Of a stretch of DNA of 64,000 nucleotides, positions 1 through 16,761 are shown piece by piece (position 1 is the first letter of the stretch; every line of letters starts with the position of its first letter). Source of the DNA: the human T2T-CHM13v2.0 reference genome, Homo sapiens; NCBI RefSeq assembly GCF_009914755.1, contig NC_060945.1; one strand, written 5' to 3'. A program made the position numbers and the translations under genes. The notes below the pieces were generated by a model. It was given only the letters and a program-made list of their open reading frames with translations, searched no databases and was not told the origin of the DNA.

Positions 1-1154
1 ACCATAGACCTGAAACCGCCTATATATAACCCTTTTCAGATTCTACAAAAAGACTGTTTCCAAACGGCTCAATCAAAGAAAGTTTCTACTCTGTGAGATG
101 AATGCACACATCACAGGGAAGTTTTTCAGAACGTTTCTGTCTAGTTTTTATTTGTCGATACTCCCTTTTTCACCATAGGCCTTAAACTGCTCATAAATAA
201 CCCTTTGCAGGTTCTACAAAAGGACTATTTCCAAACTGCTCAATCAAATGAAATTTCAGCTGTGTGAGATGAATGCACACATCAAAAAGAAGTTTCTCAG
301 AACGTTTCTGTCTAGTTTTTATGTGAAGATACTTCTTTTTCACCATAAACCTCAAAGCGTTCCCAAATTTTCCTTTGCAGATTCTATGAAAAGACTGTTT
401 CCAAACTGCTCAATCAAAAGAAAGGTTCAACTTTTTGTGATGAATGCAGACATCACAACGAACTTTCTCAGAAGGCTTCTGTCTAGATTTTATTTGTGGA
501 TATTTCCTTTTTCACAATAGGCCTCAGAAAGCTCACAAATATCACTTTGCATATTCTACAAAAAGACTGTTTCCAATCTGCTCAATGAAAGAAAATTCAA
601 CTCTGTGAGATGAATGCATGCATCACAAAGTGGTTTCTCAGAATGTTTCTGTCTAGTTTTTATATGAAGATATTTCCTTTTTCATCACATGCCTCAAACC
701 ATTCAAAAACATCCCTTTGCAGATTCTCCAAAAAGACTTTTTACAAACTGCTCAATCAAAAGAAAGATTCAAGTCTTTGAGATGCATACACCCATTACAA
801 AGAAGTTTCCCAGAAAACATGAGTCTAGTTTTTATGTGAAGATATTTCCTTTTTCACCATAAGCCTCAAAGCATTCACAAATATCACTTTGCATTTTCTA
901 TGAAAAGACTGTTTCCAAACTGGTCAATCAAAAGAAGTTTCAACCCTGTGAGATGAATGCACACATCACAAAGAAGTTCTTCAGAAAGCTACTGTCTACA
1001 TTTTATTTTTTGATATTTCCTTTTTCACCATTGGATTCAAACCACTGAAACATATCACTTTGCAGATTCTACAAAAAGACTTTTTCCAAACTGCCCAATC
1101 AAAAGAAAGGCTCAACTCTGTGAGATGAATGCACACATCACAAGGAAGTTTCTC

Positions 1155-1157
<3 letters not shown>
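1..1157 (-). repeat. Alpha satellite, divergent monomeric, layer A
   Basis: ~171-bp tandem units with GTTCAACTCTGTGAGATGAATGCACACATCACAAAGAAGTTTCTCAGAA, the reverse complement of the conventional alphoid consensus; pJalpha-type box TTCCTTTTTCACCATAG. Confidence 0.97.
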
Positions 1158-2733
<1,576 letters not shown>

Positions 2734-2736
<3 letters not shown>

Positions 2737-5700
2737 GTGCACATCACAAAGAAGTTTCTCAGAAAGTTTCTTTTTAGTTTTTATGTGAAGATATTTCCTT
2801 TTTCACCATAGTCCACAAAGTGCACCAAATATCTTTTGCAGATGATTGTACAAAAAGAGTTTCTCCAAACTGCTCAATCAAAGGAAAGTTTCATCTCTGT
2901 GAGATGAAAGCACAAATCACAAAGAAGTTACTCAGAATGCTTCTGTCTAGTTTTTAAATGAAGGTATTTCCTGTTACACCATAGGCCTCAAAGGGCTCAC
3001 AGATATCCTTTTGCAGATTCTACAAAAACACTGTTACAGAATTGCTCAATGAAAAGTAAGTTTCAACTCTGTGAGATGAATTCACACCTAAAAAAAGAAG
3101 TTTCTCAGAATGCTTCTGTCTAGTTTTTATGTGAAGATATTTCTTTGTCACCATAGGCCTCAAACCGCTCAGAAATATCCCTATGCAGATGTTACAAAAA
3201 GACTGTTTCCAAACTGCTCAATGAAAAGAAAGATTCTACTCTGTGAGATGAAAGCACATATCACAAAGAATTTTCTCAGAAAGTTTTTGTCTAGCTTATA
3301 TGTGAAGACATTTCCTCTTTCACCATAGGCCTCAATGGGCTCAAAAACGTCTCTTTTCAGATACTACAAAAGGCCTCTTTCCAAACTGCTCAATCAAAAG
3401 AAAGTTTCAACTCTGTGAGATGAAAGCACACATCACAAATAAGTTTCTCAGAATGTTTGTTTAGTTTTATGTGAAGATATTTCCTGTTTCACTGTAGGCC
3501 ATAAATGACTCACAAATATCCCTTTGCAGACTCTACAAAAAGACAGTTTGCAAACAGCTCAATCAAAAACAAAGGTTCAACTATGTGAGACGAATGGACA
3601 CATCACAAAGAAGTTTCTCAGAAGGCTTCTGCCTAGTTTTTATGTGAAGATATGTCTTTTTCACCATAGGCCTCAAATGGCTAAGAAATATCCCTTTGCA
3701 GATTGTACAAAAAGACTGTTTCCAAATTGCTCAATGAAAAGACAGGTTCAACTCTGTGAGATAAGTGCACACATGAAAAAGAAGTTTCTCAGAATGCTTC
3801 TGTCTAGTTTTTATCTGACATAGTTATTTTTCACCATAGGCCTCAAATGGTTCAGAAATATCCCTTTGCATATTGTACTAAAAGACTGTTTCCAAACTGT
3901 CAAATGCAAAGAAAGGTTCAACTCTGTGAGATGAATGCAAACATCAAAAAGAAGTTTCTCAGAAAGTTTCTGTCTAGTTTTTATGTGAAGATAATTCCTT
4001 CTTCACAATAGGCCTCAAAGTGCTCCAAATATCCATTTTCAGATTACACAAAAAGACTGTTTCCAAACGGCTCAATCACAAAAAAAGTTCAACTCTGTGA
4101 GATGAATGCACACATCATAAAGAAGTTTCTCAGAATACTTCTGTCTAGTTTTGATGTGAAGATATTTCCTTTTTCACCATAGGCCTTAAACGGCTCCCAA
4201 ATATCCCTCTGCAGATACTACAAAAAGGCTGCTTGAAAACTGTTCAATCAAAGGAATCCTTCATCTCTGTGAGATGAAACCACACATCACAAAGAAGTTC
4301 CTCATAATGCTTCTGTCTGGTTTTTATGTGAAGATATTTCATATTTCACCATAGGCCTCAAAGAGCTCACAAATATCCCTTTGCAGACTCTACAAAAAGA
4401 CTGTTTCAAACTGCTCCATGCAAAGAAAGGTTCAACTCTGTGAGACGAATGCACACATAAAAAAGAAGTTTCTCACAATTCTTCTGTTTAGTTTTTATGT
4501 GAAGATATTCCTTTTTCACTATAGGCACCAAACCGTTCAGAAATATCCCTTTGTAGACTACAAAAAGACTGTTTCCAAACTGCTCAATCAAAAGAAAGTT
4601 TCAAACCTGTTAGATGAAAGCACACATCACAAAGAAGTTTCTCAGAATACTTCTGTCTAGTTTTTATGTGAAGATATTTCTTTTTCACCATAGGCCTCAA
4701 ACCCCTCAGAAATATCCCTTTGCAGATTGTAGATAAAGACTGCTTCCTAACTGCTCAATCAAAAGAACAGTTCAACTCTGTGAGATGAAAGCACACGTCA
4801 CAAAGAAGTTTCTCAGAAATCTTCTGTCTAGTTTTTATGTGAAGATATTTCCCTTCTAATGATAGGCCTCAAAGCAATCCAATTATCAATTTGCAGATTC
4901 TACAAAATACTCTTTCCAAACTGCTCAATCAAAAGAAATTTTCAACTCTGTGAGATGAAAGCATACATCACAAAGAAGTTCTTCAGAAAGTTTCTCACTA
5001 GATTTTATGTGAAGATATTTAGTTTTTCACCACAAGCCACAAAGTGCTCCAAATATCCTTTTGCAGATACTTCAAAAAGAGTTTTTCCAAACTGCTCAAT
5101 CAAAACAAAGTTTCAACTCTGTGAGAGGAATGCAAACATCACAAAGAAGTTTCTCAAAATGCTTCTGTCTAGTTTTCCTTTGAAGATATTTCCCATTTCA
5201 CCATGGGCCTCAGTGGGCTCACATATATCCTCTTCCAAATTCTACAAAAAGACTGTTTCTGAATTTCTCAATGAAGAGAAAGGTTCAACTCTGGGAGATG
5301 AATGCACACATGAATAATAAGTTTCTCAGAATGCCTCTGTCTAGTTTTTGTGTTAAGATATTTGTTTTTCACCGTAGGCCTCAAACTTCTCAGAAATATC
5401 CCTTTGTAGATTGTACAAAAAGATGGTTTCCAAACTGCTCAATGAAAACAAAGGTTCAACACTGTGACATGAATACTCACATCACAGAGAAGTTTTTCAG
5501 AAAGCTTCTGTTTAGTTTTTAAGTGAAAATATTTCCTTTTTCACCATAGGCCTCAAAGCAATCCAAATATCCTTTTGCAAACTCTACAAAAAGAGAGTTT
5601 CCAAACTGTTCAATTAAAAAAAAGATTCAAATCTGTGAGAAGAAAGCACACATCATGAAGAAGTTTCCCATAATGCTTCTGTCTACTTTTTTTGTGAAGA

Positions 5701-8700
5701 TATTTCCTATATCACCATAGGCCTCAAAGATCTCACAAATATCCCTTTGCAGACTCTACAAAAAGACAGTTTTCGGACTGCTAAATGAAAAGAAAGGTTC
5801 AATTCTGTGAGACGAATGCACACATATTAATTAGTTTATCATAATGCTTCTGTCTAGTTTTTATGTGAAGATATTTCTTTTTCACCATAGGCATCAAACC
5901 GTTCAGAATTATCCCTTTGTAGATTGTACAAAAAGACTGTTTCCAAACTGCTCAATCAAAAGAAAGGTTCAAACCGGTGAGATGAATGCACACATAAAAG
6001 AGGAGTTTCTCAGAAATCTTCTGTCTTGTTTTTATGTGAAGATATTACCTTTCTCAACATAGGCCTCAAAGCAATCCAAATATCCATTTGCAGATTCTAT
6101 AAAAAGACTGTTTCCAAACTGATCAATCAAAAGAAATTTTTACCTCTCTGAGATGAAAGCACACATCACAAAAATGTTACTCAGACAGCTTCTCTCTAGT
6201 ATGTATGTGAAGATACTTCCTATTTCACCTGAGGTCATAAAGGGCTCAGAGATATCCCTTTGAAGGTTTTACAAAAAGTCTGTGTCCAAACTGCTCAATC
6301 AAAAGAAAGGTTCAACTCTGTGAGATGAATGGGCACATCACAAAGAAATTTCTTGGAATGATTCTGTCTAGTTTTTATGTGAAGATATTTCTCTTTCACC
6401 ATAGGCCTCAAACGGATCAGAATTATCCCTTTGCAGATTGTACAATAAGCCTCTTTCCAACCTGCTCAATCAAAAGAAATGTTCAACTCTGTGAGATGAA
6501 TGCACACATCACAAGGAAGTTTCTCAGAAAACTTCTGTTTAGTTTTTATGTGAAGATATTTCGTTTTTCACCATGGGCCTCAAAAGCTCTCCAAATATCC
6601 ATTTGCAGATTTTAGAAAAAGAGTGTTTCCAAACTCCTCAATCAAAAGAAAGTTTCAATTCTGTGATATGAAAGCACACATCACAAAGAAGATTCTTAGA
6701 AAGCTTCTGTCTAGTTTTTATGTGAAGATATTTCACATTGCACCATAGTACTCAATGGGCTCAGAAATATCCCTTTGCAGATTCTACAAGAGGACTGTTT
6801 CCAAACTACTCAATCCAAAGACAGTTTCAACTATGTGAGATGAATGCACACATCACAAAGAAGTTTCTCAGAGTGCTTCTGTCTAGTTTATATGTGAAGA
6901 AAATTCCTATTTCACCATAGGCAATAAAGGGCTCACAAATATTTTTTGCAGATTCTACAAAAATACGTATCCAAAGTGCTAAATAAAAAGAAAGTTTCAA
7001 CTCTGTTAGATTAATGGACACATCAAAAAGTAGTTTCTCAGAAAACTTCTGTTTAGTTTTTACGTGAAGATATTTCCTTTGTCACCATTGGCCTCAAAGT
7101 GCTCTGAATATCCATTTACAGATTTCACTAAAAGAGTGTTTCCAAACTGCTGAATCAAAAGAAAGTTTTAACTCTGTGAGATGAAAGCACACATCTCAAA
7201 GAACTTTCTCAGAAAGCTTTGGTCTAGTTTTCATGTGAAGATATTTCCAGTTTCACCACAGGCCTCAAAGTGCTAAGAAATATACCTTTCCAGATTCTAA
7301 AAGACGACCATTTCCATACTGCTCAGTCAAAATAAAGGTTAAATTCTGTGAGGTGAATGCACACATCAGAATGAAGTTTCTCAGAATTCTCCTGTCTAGT
7401 TTTTATGTGAAGATATTTACTATTTCACTATAGGCTTCAAATGTCTCAAAAATATCCCTTTGCAGATTCTACAAAAATATGGTTTCCAAAGTGCTGAATT
7501 AAAAGAAACCTTCAACTCTGTCAGATGAATGGAGACATCACAAAGAAGTTCCTCAGAATTCTTCTGTCTATTTTAAATGTGAAGATATTTCTTTTTTCAC
7601 CATAGACCTCAAATGGCTCAGAAATATGCCTTTGCAGATTGCAGAAAAAGACTGTTTCTAAACTGCTCAAACAAAATAAAGTTTCAACACTGTTAGATGA
7701 ATGCGCACATCACAAAGAAGTTTCTCAGAAAGCTTCTGTCTCGTTTTTATGTGAAGATATTTCCTTTTTCACCATAGGCCTTAAACCGCTCACAAATATC
7801 CTTCTGCAGATACTATAAAAAGACTGTTTCCAAACTGCTCCATCAAAAGAAAAGTTCACCTCTCTGAGGTGAATGCATACATCACAAAGAATTTTCTCAG
7901 AATTCTTCTGTCTAGTTTTTATGTGAAGATATTTCCATTTTCACATTAGGCCACAAAGCACTACAAATATCCATTTGCAGATTATACAAAAAGACTGTTT
8001 ACAAACTGCTCAATCAAAAGAAATGTTCAACTCTGTGAGATGAAAGCACACATCACAAAGAAGTTTCTCAGAAATCTTCTGTCTAGTTTTTATCTCAAGA
8101 TAATTCCTATTTTGCCATAGGAATCAGTGGGCTCACAAATATCCCTTTGCAGATTCTACAAAAGTTCTGTTTCCAAACTGCTCAATCAAAAGAAACGTTC
8201 AACATTGTGAGATGAATGCACACATCACAAAGAAGTTTCTCGGAATGCTTCTGTCTGGTTATTATGTGAAGATAATTCCTTTTTCACCACAGTCTTTAAA
8301 CCACTCAAAAATATCCCTCTGCAGATACTACAAAAAGACTGTTTCCAAACTGGTCCATATAGAAAGTTTCAACTCTGTGAGATGAATGCACTCATCACAA
8401 AGAATTTTCTCAGAATTCTTCTGTCTAGTTTTTATGTGAAGATATTTCCTTTTTCACCATAGTTCTCAAATTGCTCCAAATATCCATTTGCAGATTCTAC
8501 AAAAACAGTGTTTCCAAACTGGTCAATCAAAAGAAAGGCTCAACTCTGTGAGACGAAAACACACATCACAAAGTTTCTCAGAAAGCTTCTGTCTACATTT
8601 CATGTGAAAGTATTTCCTTTTGCACCATAGGCCTTAAACCGCTCACAAATATAACTCCACTTATACTACCAAGAGACTTTCTCCAAATTGCTAAATCAAA

Positions 8701-11700
8701 AGAAAGTTTCAACTCTTTGAGAAGAATGCACACATCACAAAGAAGTTTCTCAAAATGCTTCTGTCTAGTTTTCATGTGAAGATATTTATTTTTCACCATT
8801 GGCCTCAAACTGCTCAGAAATATCCCTTTGCATTTTGTACAAAAAGACTGTTTCCAAACTGCTCAATGAAAAGAAATGGTCAACTCTTAGAGATGAATGG
8901 AAATGTCACAAAGAGTTTTCTCAAAAAGCTACTGTGTTGTTTTTATGTGAGGATATTTCCTTTTTCACTCTAGGCCTTAAAATGCTCCAAATATACATTT
9001 GCAGATTCTATAAAAAGACTCTTTCCAAACTGCTCAATCAAAATAAAGGTTCAAATCTGTGAGATGAAAGCCCACGTCACAAAGAAGTTTCTCAGAAAGT
9101 TTATATCTCGTTTTTATGTGAAGATATTTCCTATTTCACCTTTGGCCTCAAAGGGATCACAAATATCCCTATTCAGATATTACAAAAAACTGTTTCCGAA
9201 CTGCTTCATCAAAAGAAAGGTTCAACTCTGTGAGAACAATGCACACATAAAAAATTAGTTTCTCAGAATGCTTCTGTCTAGTTTTTATGTGAAGATATTA
9301 CTTTTTCACCATAGGTCTCAAACCGCAAACAAATATTCCTTTACAGATTGCACAAAAAGTATGTTTCCACACTGCTCAATGAACAGAAAAGTACAACTCA
9401 GTGAGATGAATGCAAACATCACAAAGAGTTTTCTCAAAATGCTTCTGTCTAGGTTTTAGGTGAAGATATTTACTTTTTCACCATAGGCCTCAAACCACTC
9501 ACAAATATCCCTTTGCAGATTCTACAAAATGACTTGTTGCCAAACTGCTCAATGAAAAGCAAGGTTCAAATCTGTGAGATGAAAGTACACATCACAAAGA
9601 AGTTTCTCAGAAAGTTTCTGTCTAGTTTTTATATGCAGATATTTTCTTTTTCACAATAGGCCTCAAAGCACTTCAAATATCCGTTTGCAAGTTCTACAAA
9701 AAGAGTGTTTCCAAACTGCTCAATCAAAAGAGAGGTTCAGCTCTGTGAGGTGAAAGCATAAAACACAAAGAAGTTTTACAGAAAGCTTCTGTCTAGTTTT
9801 TATATGAAGACATTTCCTATTATACCATAGGCCCTCTATGTGCTCACAAACATCCCTTTGCAGATTCTACAAAAGGACTCTTTCCAAACTGCTCAATCCA
9901 AGGAAAGTTTCAACTCTGTGACATGAATGCACACATCACAAAGAAGTTTCACAGAATGCTTCTGTCTAGTTTTTATGTGAAGACATTTCTTGTTCACCAT
10001 AGGCCTGAAATGCTGCAAATATCCATCTTCAGATTCTACAAAAAGACGGTTTCCAAAATGCTCAATCAAAAGAAAAGTTCAACTCTGTTAGATGAAAGCA
10101 TGCATCACAAAGAAGTTTATCAGAAAGCTTCTGTCTAGTTTTTTTGTGAAGATATTCCCTATTTCACCATAGGCCTGAAAGGGCTCACAAATATCCTTCT
10201 GCATATTATACAAAAAGACTGTCTCCAAACTGCTCAATCAGAAGAAAATTTCAACTATGTGTGATGAATGCACACATTACAAAGAAGTTTCTCAGAATGC
10301 TTTTGCTAGTTTTTATATGAAGATATTTCTCTTTCACAGTAGGCCTCAAATGGCTCAGAAATATCCCTTTGCAGATTGTACAAAGAGACTGTTTCCAAAC
10401 TGCTCAATCAAAAGAAAGTTTCAACACTGTGAGATGAATGCACACATCACAAAGAAGTTTCTCAGAATGCTTCTGTTAAGATTTCATGTGAAGATATTTC
10501 CTTTTTCACCATAAGCCTCAATGGGCTCAGAAGTATTACTTTGTTGATTTTACAAAAGGTCTGTTTAGAAAACTGCTCAATCCAAAGAAAGGTTCAACTC
10601 TGTGAGATGAATGCACACATCTCAAAGAAGTTTCTCACAATGGATTTGCCGAGGTTTTCTGTGAAGGTATTCCCTTTTCCACCATAGGCCTCAAACCGCT
10701 CACAAATATCCCTCTGCAGATACAACAAAGGGACTGTTTCCAATCTGCTCAATCAAAAGATAGGCTCAACAACGTGAGATGAATGTACACGTCACAAAGA
10801 AGTTTCTCAGAATGCTTCTGTCTAGTTTTAATGTGAAGATATTTACTTTTTCACCATAGGCCTCAAAACACGCAAAACATCCATTTGCAAATTCCACAAA
10901 AAGACTGTTTCCAAACTGTTCAATCAAAAGAAAGGTTCAACTCTGTGAGGTGAAAACACACATCACGAAGAAGTTTCTCAGAAAGCTTCTGTCTAGTTTT
11001 TATGTGAGTATATTTCCTATTTCACCACAGGCCTCAAAGGAATCCCAAATATCCCTTTGCAGATTCTACAAAAAGAGTGTTTCTGAACTGCTCAATGAAA
11101 AGAAAGTTTCAACTCTGTGAGGTGAATGCACACATAAAAAAAGAAGTTTCTCAGAATGCTTCTGTATAGTTTATATGTGAAGATATTACTTTTTCACCAT
11201 AGGCCTCTAAGTGCTCAGAAATATCCCTTTGCACTTTGTATAAAAAGACTATTTCCAAACTGCTCAATGAAAAGAAAGATTCATCTCTGTGTGATGAATG
11301 CACACATAAAAAATAAGTTTCTCAGAATGCTTCCGTCTGGTTTAATGTGAAGATATTTCCTTTTTCACCATAGGCCTTAAACTGCACACAAATATCTCTC
11401 TGCAGATACTACAAAAAGACTGTTTTCAAACTGCTCCAAGAAAAGAAAGATTCAACCCTGTGAGATGAATGCACACATCCCAAAGGAGTTTCTCGGAATG
11501 ATTCTGTCTACTTTTCATGTGAAGCTAATTCTTTTTCACCATAGGCATAAAACGGCTCAAAAATATCCCTTTGCAGATTGTACAAAAGGATGGTTTCCAA
11601 TCTGCTCAATCAAAAGAAAGGATCAGCTCTGTGATATGAAACCACGCATCACAAATAAGTTTCTCAGAAAGCTTCTTTTTAGTGTTTTTGTGAAGATATT

Positions 11701-14700
11701 TCCTTTTTCTCCATAGGCCTAAAAGCGCTGCAAATATCCATTTGTGGATTCTACAAAAAGGCTGTTTCCAAACTGCTCAATCAAAAGAAATTTTCACCTC
11801 TGTGAGATTAAAGCACACATCACAAAGCATGTTCTCAGAAAGATTCTGTCTAGTTTTTATGTGAAGATATTTCCTATTTCACCTTAGGCTGTAAAGGGCT
11901 CACAAATATCCGTTTGCATATTCAGAAAAAAGACTGTTTCCAAACTGTTCAAACAAAAGAAAGATTCAACTCTGTGAGATGAATGCACACATCAGAAAGA
12001 GATTTCTCAGAATGCTTCTGTCTAGTTTTTATATGAAGATATTTCTTTTTCACCATCAGCCACAAACGGCTCAGAAATATCCCTTTGCAGATCTTATAAA
12101 AAGACTGTTTCCAACCTGCTCAATCAAAAGAAAGTTTCAACGCTGAGAGACGAATGCACACATCACAAAGAAGGTTCTCAGAAAGCTTCTGTTTTGCTTT
12201 TATTTGAAGATATTTCCTTTTTCACCACAGGACTCAGTGGGCTCAGAAATATCCCTTTGCAGATTCTACAAAAGGACTGTTAAGAAAAATGCTGAATCCA
12301 AAGAAAGATTCAACCCTGTGAGATGAATGCACACATCACAAAGAAGTTTTGCAGAATGCATCTGTCTAGTTTTTATGTGAAGATATTTCTTTTTTCACCA
12401 TAGGCCCCAAAGCGCTCCAAATACCCATTTGTAGAGTCTACAAAAAGAGTGTTTCCAATCTGCTCTATCAAAAAGAAAGGTTCAATCCTGTGACACGGAA
12501 GCAAACATCACAAAGAAGTTTCTCAGAAAGCTTCTGTCTAGTTTTTATGTGAAGATATTTCCTATTTCACCATGGGCCATATATGGCTCACAAATATTTT
12601 TTGCAAATTCTACAAAAAGACTGTTTCCAAACTGCTCAATCCAAAGAAACTTTCAACTCTGTGAGATGAGTGGACACACCACAAAAAAGCTTATCAGAAT
12701 GCTTCTATCTAGTTTTTATGTGAAGATATTTCTTTTTCACCCTAGGCTTCAATGGGCTCATAAATATCCCTTTGCAGATTCTACAAAAGGACTGTTTCTA
12801 AACTGCTCCATCAAAGAAAGGTTCAACTCTATAAGATGAATATACACATCACATAGATGTTTCTCACAATCCTTCTGCCTATTTTTTATGTGAAGGTATT
12901 TCCTTTTTCACCATGGACCTCAAAGTGCTCAAAACATCCATTTGCTGATTCCACAGAAAGACTGTTTCCAAACTCCTCAATCAAAGAAGGATTCAACTGT
13001 ATGAGATGAATGCACACATCACAGAGATGTTTCTTACAATACTTCTGTCTATTTTTTATGTGAAGGTATTTACTTTTTCACCGTAGGCCTCAAAGAGCTC
13101 CAAACATCCATTTGCTTATGCCGCAAAAAGGCTGTTTCCAAAGTGCTCAATCAAAAGAAAGCTACAACTCCGTGTGTTGAAAGCACACATCACAAAGAAC
13201 TTCCTCAGAAAGATTCTGTCTAGTTTTTCTGTGAGGATATTTCCTGTTTCACCATGGGCCATAAAGGGCCCAAAAATATTTTTCGCAGATTCTACAAAAA
13301 GACTGTTTCCAAACTGCTCAATCCAAAGGAAGGTTCAACTCTGTGAGATGAATGGGCACAAGACAAAGAAGTTTCTCAGAATACTTCTGTCTAGGGTTTA
13401 CGTGAGATATTTCCTTTTTCATGATAGGCCTCAAAGCGCTCCAAATATCCATTTGCAGATTCCACAAAAAGACTGTTTCCAAATTGCTCAATGAAAACAG
13501 AGTTTCAACTCTGTGAGGTGAAAGCACACATCACAAAGAAGTTTCTCAGAATGTATCTTTCTAGTTTTTTTTGAAGATATTTTCTTTTTCACCATAGGCC
13601 TCAAAGCACTCCAAGTATCCATTTGCAGATTCTACCAAAAGACTGTTTACAAACTGCTAAATCAAAAGAAAGTTTCAGCTCTGTGATATGAATGCAGGCA
13701 TCACAAAGAAGTTTCTCAGAAAGCTTCTGTTTAGTGTTTATCTGAAGATATTTCCTTTTTCACCATAGGCCTCAAAGCTCTCCAAATATGCATTTCCAGA
13801 TTCTATAAAAAGTCTGTTTCGAAACTGCTCAATGAAAAGAAAGGTTCAACTCTGTGAGATGAAAGCACATATCTCAAGGAAGTTTCTTAGAATGTTTCTT
13901 TCTAGTTTTTTTGTGAAGATATTTCCTTTTTCACCATAGGCCTCAAAGCACTCCAAATATCCATTTGCAGATTCTACAAAAAGACTGTTTACAAACTGCT
14001 CAATCAAAAGAAGGTTTCAATGCTGTGAGATGAATGCACACATTACAAAGTAGTTTCTCAGAAAGCTTCTGTTTAGTTTTTATGTGAAGATATTTGCTTT
14101 TCCACCATAGGCCTCAAAACGCTCCAATTATCCATTTGCAGATTATGCAAAAAGAGTGTTTCCAAACTGCTCAGTCAAAAGAAATACTTAACTCTTTGAG
14201 ATGAAAGCACTCATTAAAAATAAGTTTCTCAGAAAGCTTCTGACTAGCTTTTAAGTGAAGATATTTCCTATATCATCAAAGGCCTCAATCGGCTGAGAAA
14301 TACCTCTTTGGCGATTCTACAATAGGAATGTTTCCAAACTGCTCTAGCAAAGGAAAGGTTCAACTCTGTGAGTTGAATGCACGCATCACAAAAAAGTTTC
14401 TCAGAAAGTTTCTGTGTAGTTTTTATGTGAAGATATTTCCTAGCTCACCATAAGCCTCAAAGGGTTCACAATTATCCCTTTGTAGATTTTACAAAAAGAC
14501 TGTTTCCAAATATTCAATCAAAGAAATGTTCAGCTGTGTGAGAAGAATGCAAGCCTCAAAAAGAAGTTTCTCAGAATTCTTCCATCGAATTTTTATGTGA
14601 TGATATTTCCTTTTTTTACCACAGACCTCAAAGCGCTCCAAATATCAATTTGCAGACTCTACAAAAAGAGTGTTTCCAAACTGCTCAATCAAAAGAAAAG

Positions 14701-16761
14701 TTCAGCTCTGTGAGATGGAAGCACATATCACAAAGAAGTTTCTTAGAAACCTTCTGTCTAGTTTTTATGGGAAGATATATCATATTTCACCATAGACCTC
14801 AATGGGCTCAGAAATATACCTTTGCAGATTCTACAAAAGGACTGTTTCCAAACTGCTCAGTCCAAAGAAAGGTTCAACACTGTGAGATGAATTCACACAT
14901 CACAAAGAAGTTTCTCAGAAACCTTCTGTCTAGTTTTTATGTGAAGATATTTCCTTGTTCACCATAGGCCTCAAACTGCTCGCAAACATCCCTCTACAGA
15001 TACTACAAAAAGACAGTTTCCAAACTGTTCTATAAAAAGAAAGGTTCAACTCTGTGTGATAAATGCACACGTCACCAAGAAGTTTCTCAGAATGATTATG
15101 TCTAGTTTTTATGTGAAGATGTTTCCTTTCTCACGAAGGCCTCAAACCGCTCCAAATATCCATTTGCAGATTCTACAAAAAGATGGTTTCCAAACTCCTC
15201 AATAATAGAAAGGTTCAACTCTGTGAGATGAAAGCACACATCACAAAGTAGATTCATAGAATGCTGCTTTCTAGTTTTTATGTGAAGATATTTCCTTTTT
15301 CACCATAGTCCTCAAAGTGCTCCAAATATCCATTTGCAGATTCTACAAAAAGTGTGTTTCCAAACTGCTCAATCAAAAGAAAGGTTCTATTCTGTGAGAT
15401 GAAAGCACACATCACAAAGAAGTTTCTCAGGAATCTTCTGACAAGTTTTTATGTGAAGATATTTCCTATTTCACCATAGGCTTCAATGGGCTCACAAATA
15501 TCCCTTTGCAGATTCTACAAAAGGACTGTTTTGAAACAGCTCAATCAGAAGAAGGGTTAAACTCTGTGAGATGAATGCATACATCACAAAGAAGTTTCTC
15601 AGAATGCTTCTGTCTAGTTTTCAGGTGAAGATATTTCTTTTTTCACCGTAGGCCTCAAAGCGCTCCAAATATCCATTTGCATATTCTACAAAAAGGCTGT
15701 TTCCAAACTCCTCAATCAAAAGAGAGGATCAACTATGTGTGATGAAAGCACACTTCATGAAGAAGTTTCTCAGAATGCCTCTGTCTAGTTTTTATGTGAA
15801 GATATTTCCTATTTCACCTTAGGCCATAAAGGGCTCACAAATATCCCTCTGCAGATCCTAGAAAAGAACTCTTTTCAAACTGCTAAATAAAAAAAAAGGT
15901 TCAACTCTGTGAGATGAATGCACACATCGCAAAGAAGTTTCTCCAAAAGCTTCTGTCCACTTTTTATGTGAAGATATTTCCCTTTTCATCATACCTACCA
16001 AAGTGCTCAAAATATCCCTTTGCAAATTCTCTGAAAAGACTGTTTCGAAACTTCTCTATCAAAAGAATGGTTCAACTCTGTGAGATGAATGCACATATCA
16101 CAAAGAAGTTTCTCTGAAATCTTCTGTGTAGTTTTTATGTGAAGATATTTCCTTTTTCACCATAGGCCTCAAGCCACTCACAAATATCCCTTTGCAGATT
16201 TTACAAGAACAGAGTTTCCAGACTCATCAAAGAATAGAAACTTTTTTCTCTCTGAGATGCGTGCACACCTTGCAAAACAGCTTCTCAGAAACATTCTTTA
16301 TAGTTTTTATTGAAGAGATTTCCTTTTTCACCAGAGGCCTCATAGAGCTGACAAATATCCCTTTGCATATTCTACAAAAAGTCCGTTTACAAACTGCTCA
16401 ATCAAAAGAATGGTTCAACTCTGTGAGATGAATGCACATATCACAAAGAGGTTTCTCAGAAATCTTCTGTATAGTTTTTATGTGAAGATATTTCCTTTCT
16501 CACCATAGGCCTCAAAGCTCTCACAAATATCCCTTTGCAGATTCTACAAATTGACAGTTTTCAAACAGTTCAGTCAAAAGACTGTTTCAACTATGTGAGA
16601 TGAATGCACACATGACAGGGAGGTTTCTCAGAGAACTTCTGTCTATTTATTATGTGAAGGTATTTCCTTTTTCACCAAAGGCCTCAAAGTGCTCACAAAT
16701 ATCTCCTTGCAGATTCTACAAGAACAGAGTATCCAAACTGATTAATCAAAAGAATGCTTCA
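2734..16761 (-). repeat. Alpha satellite, divergent monomeric, layer A
   Basis: About 82 monomers with the signature CTTCTGTCTAGT / TTTTTCACCATAGG / AAATATCCCTTTGCAG / AAGACTGTTTCCAAAC. Confidence 0.97.
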
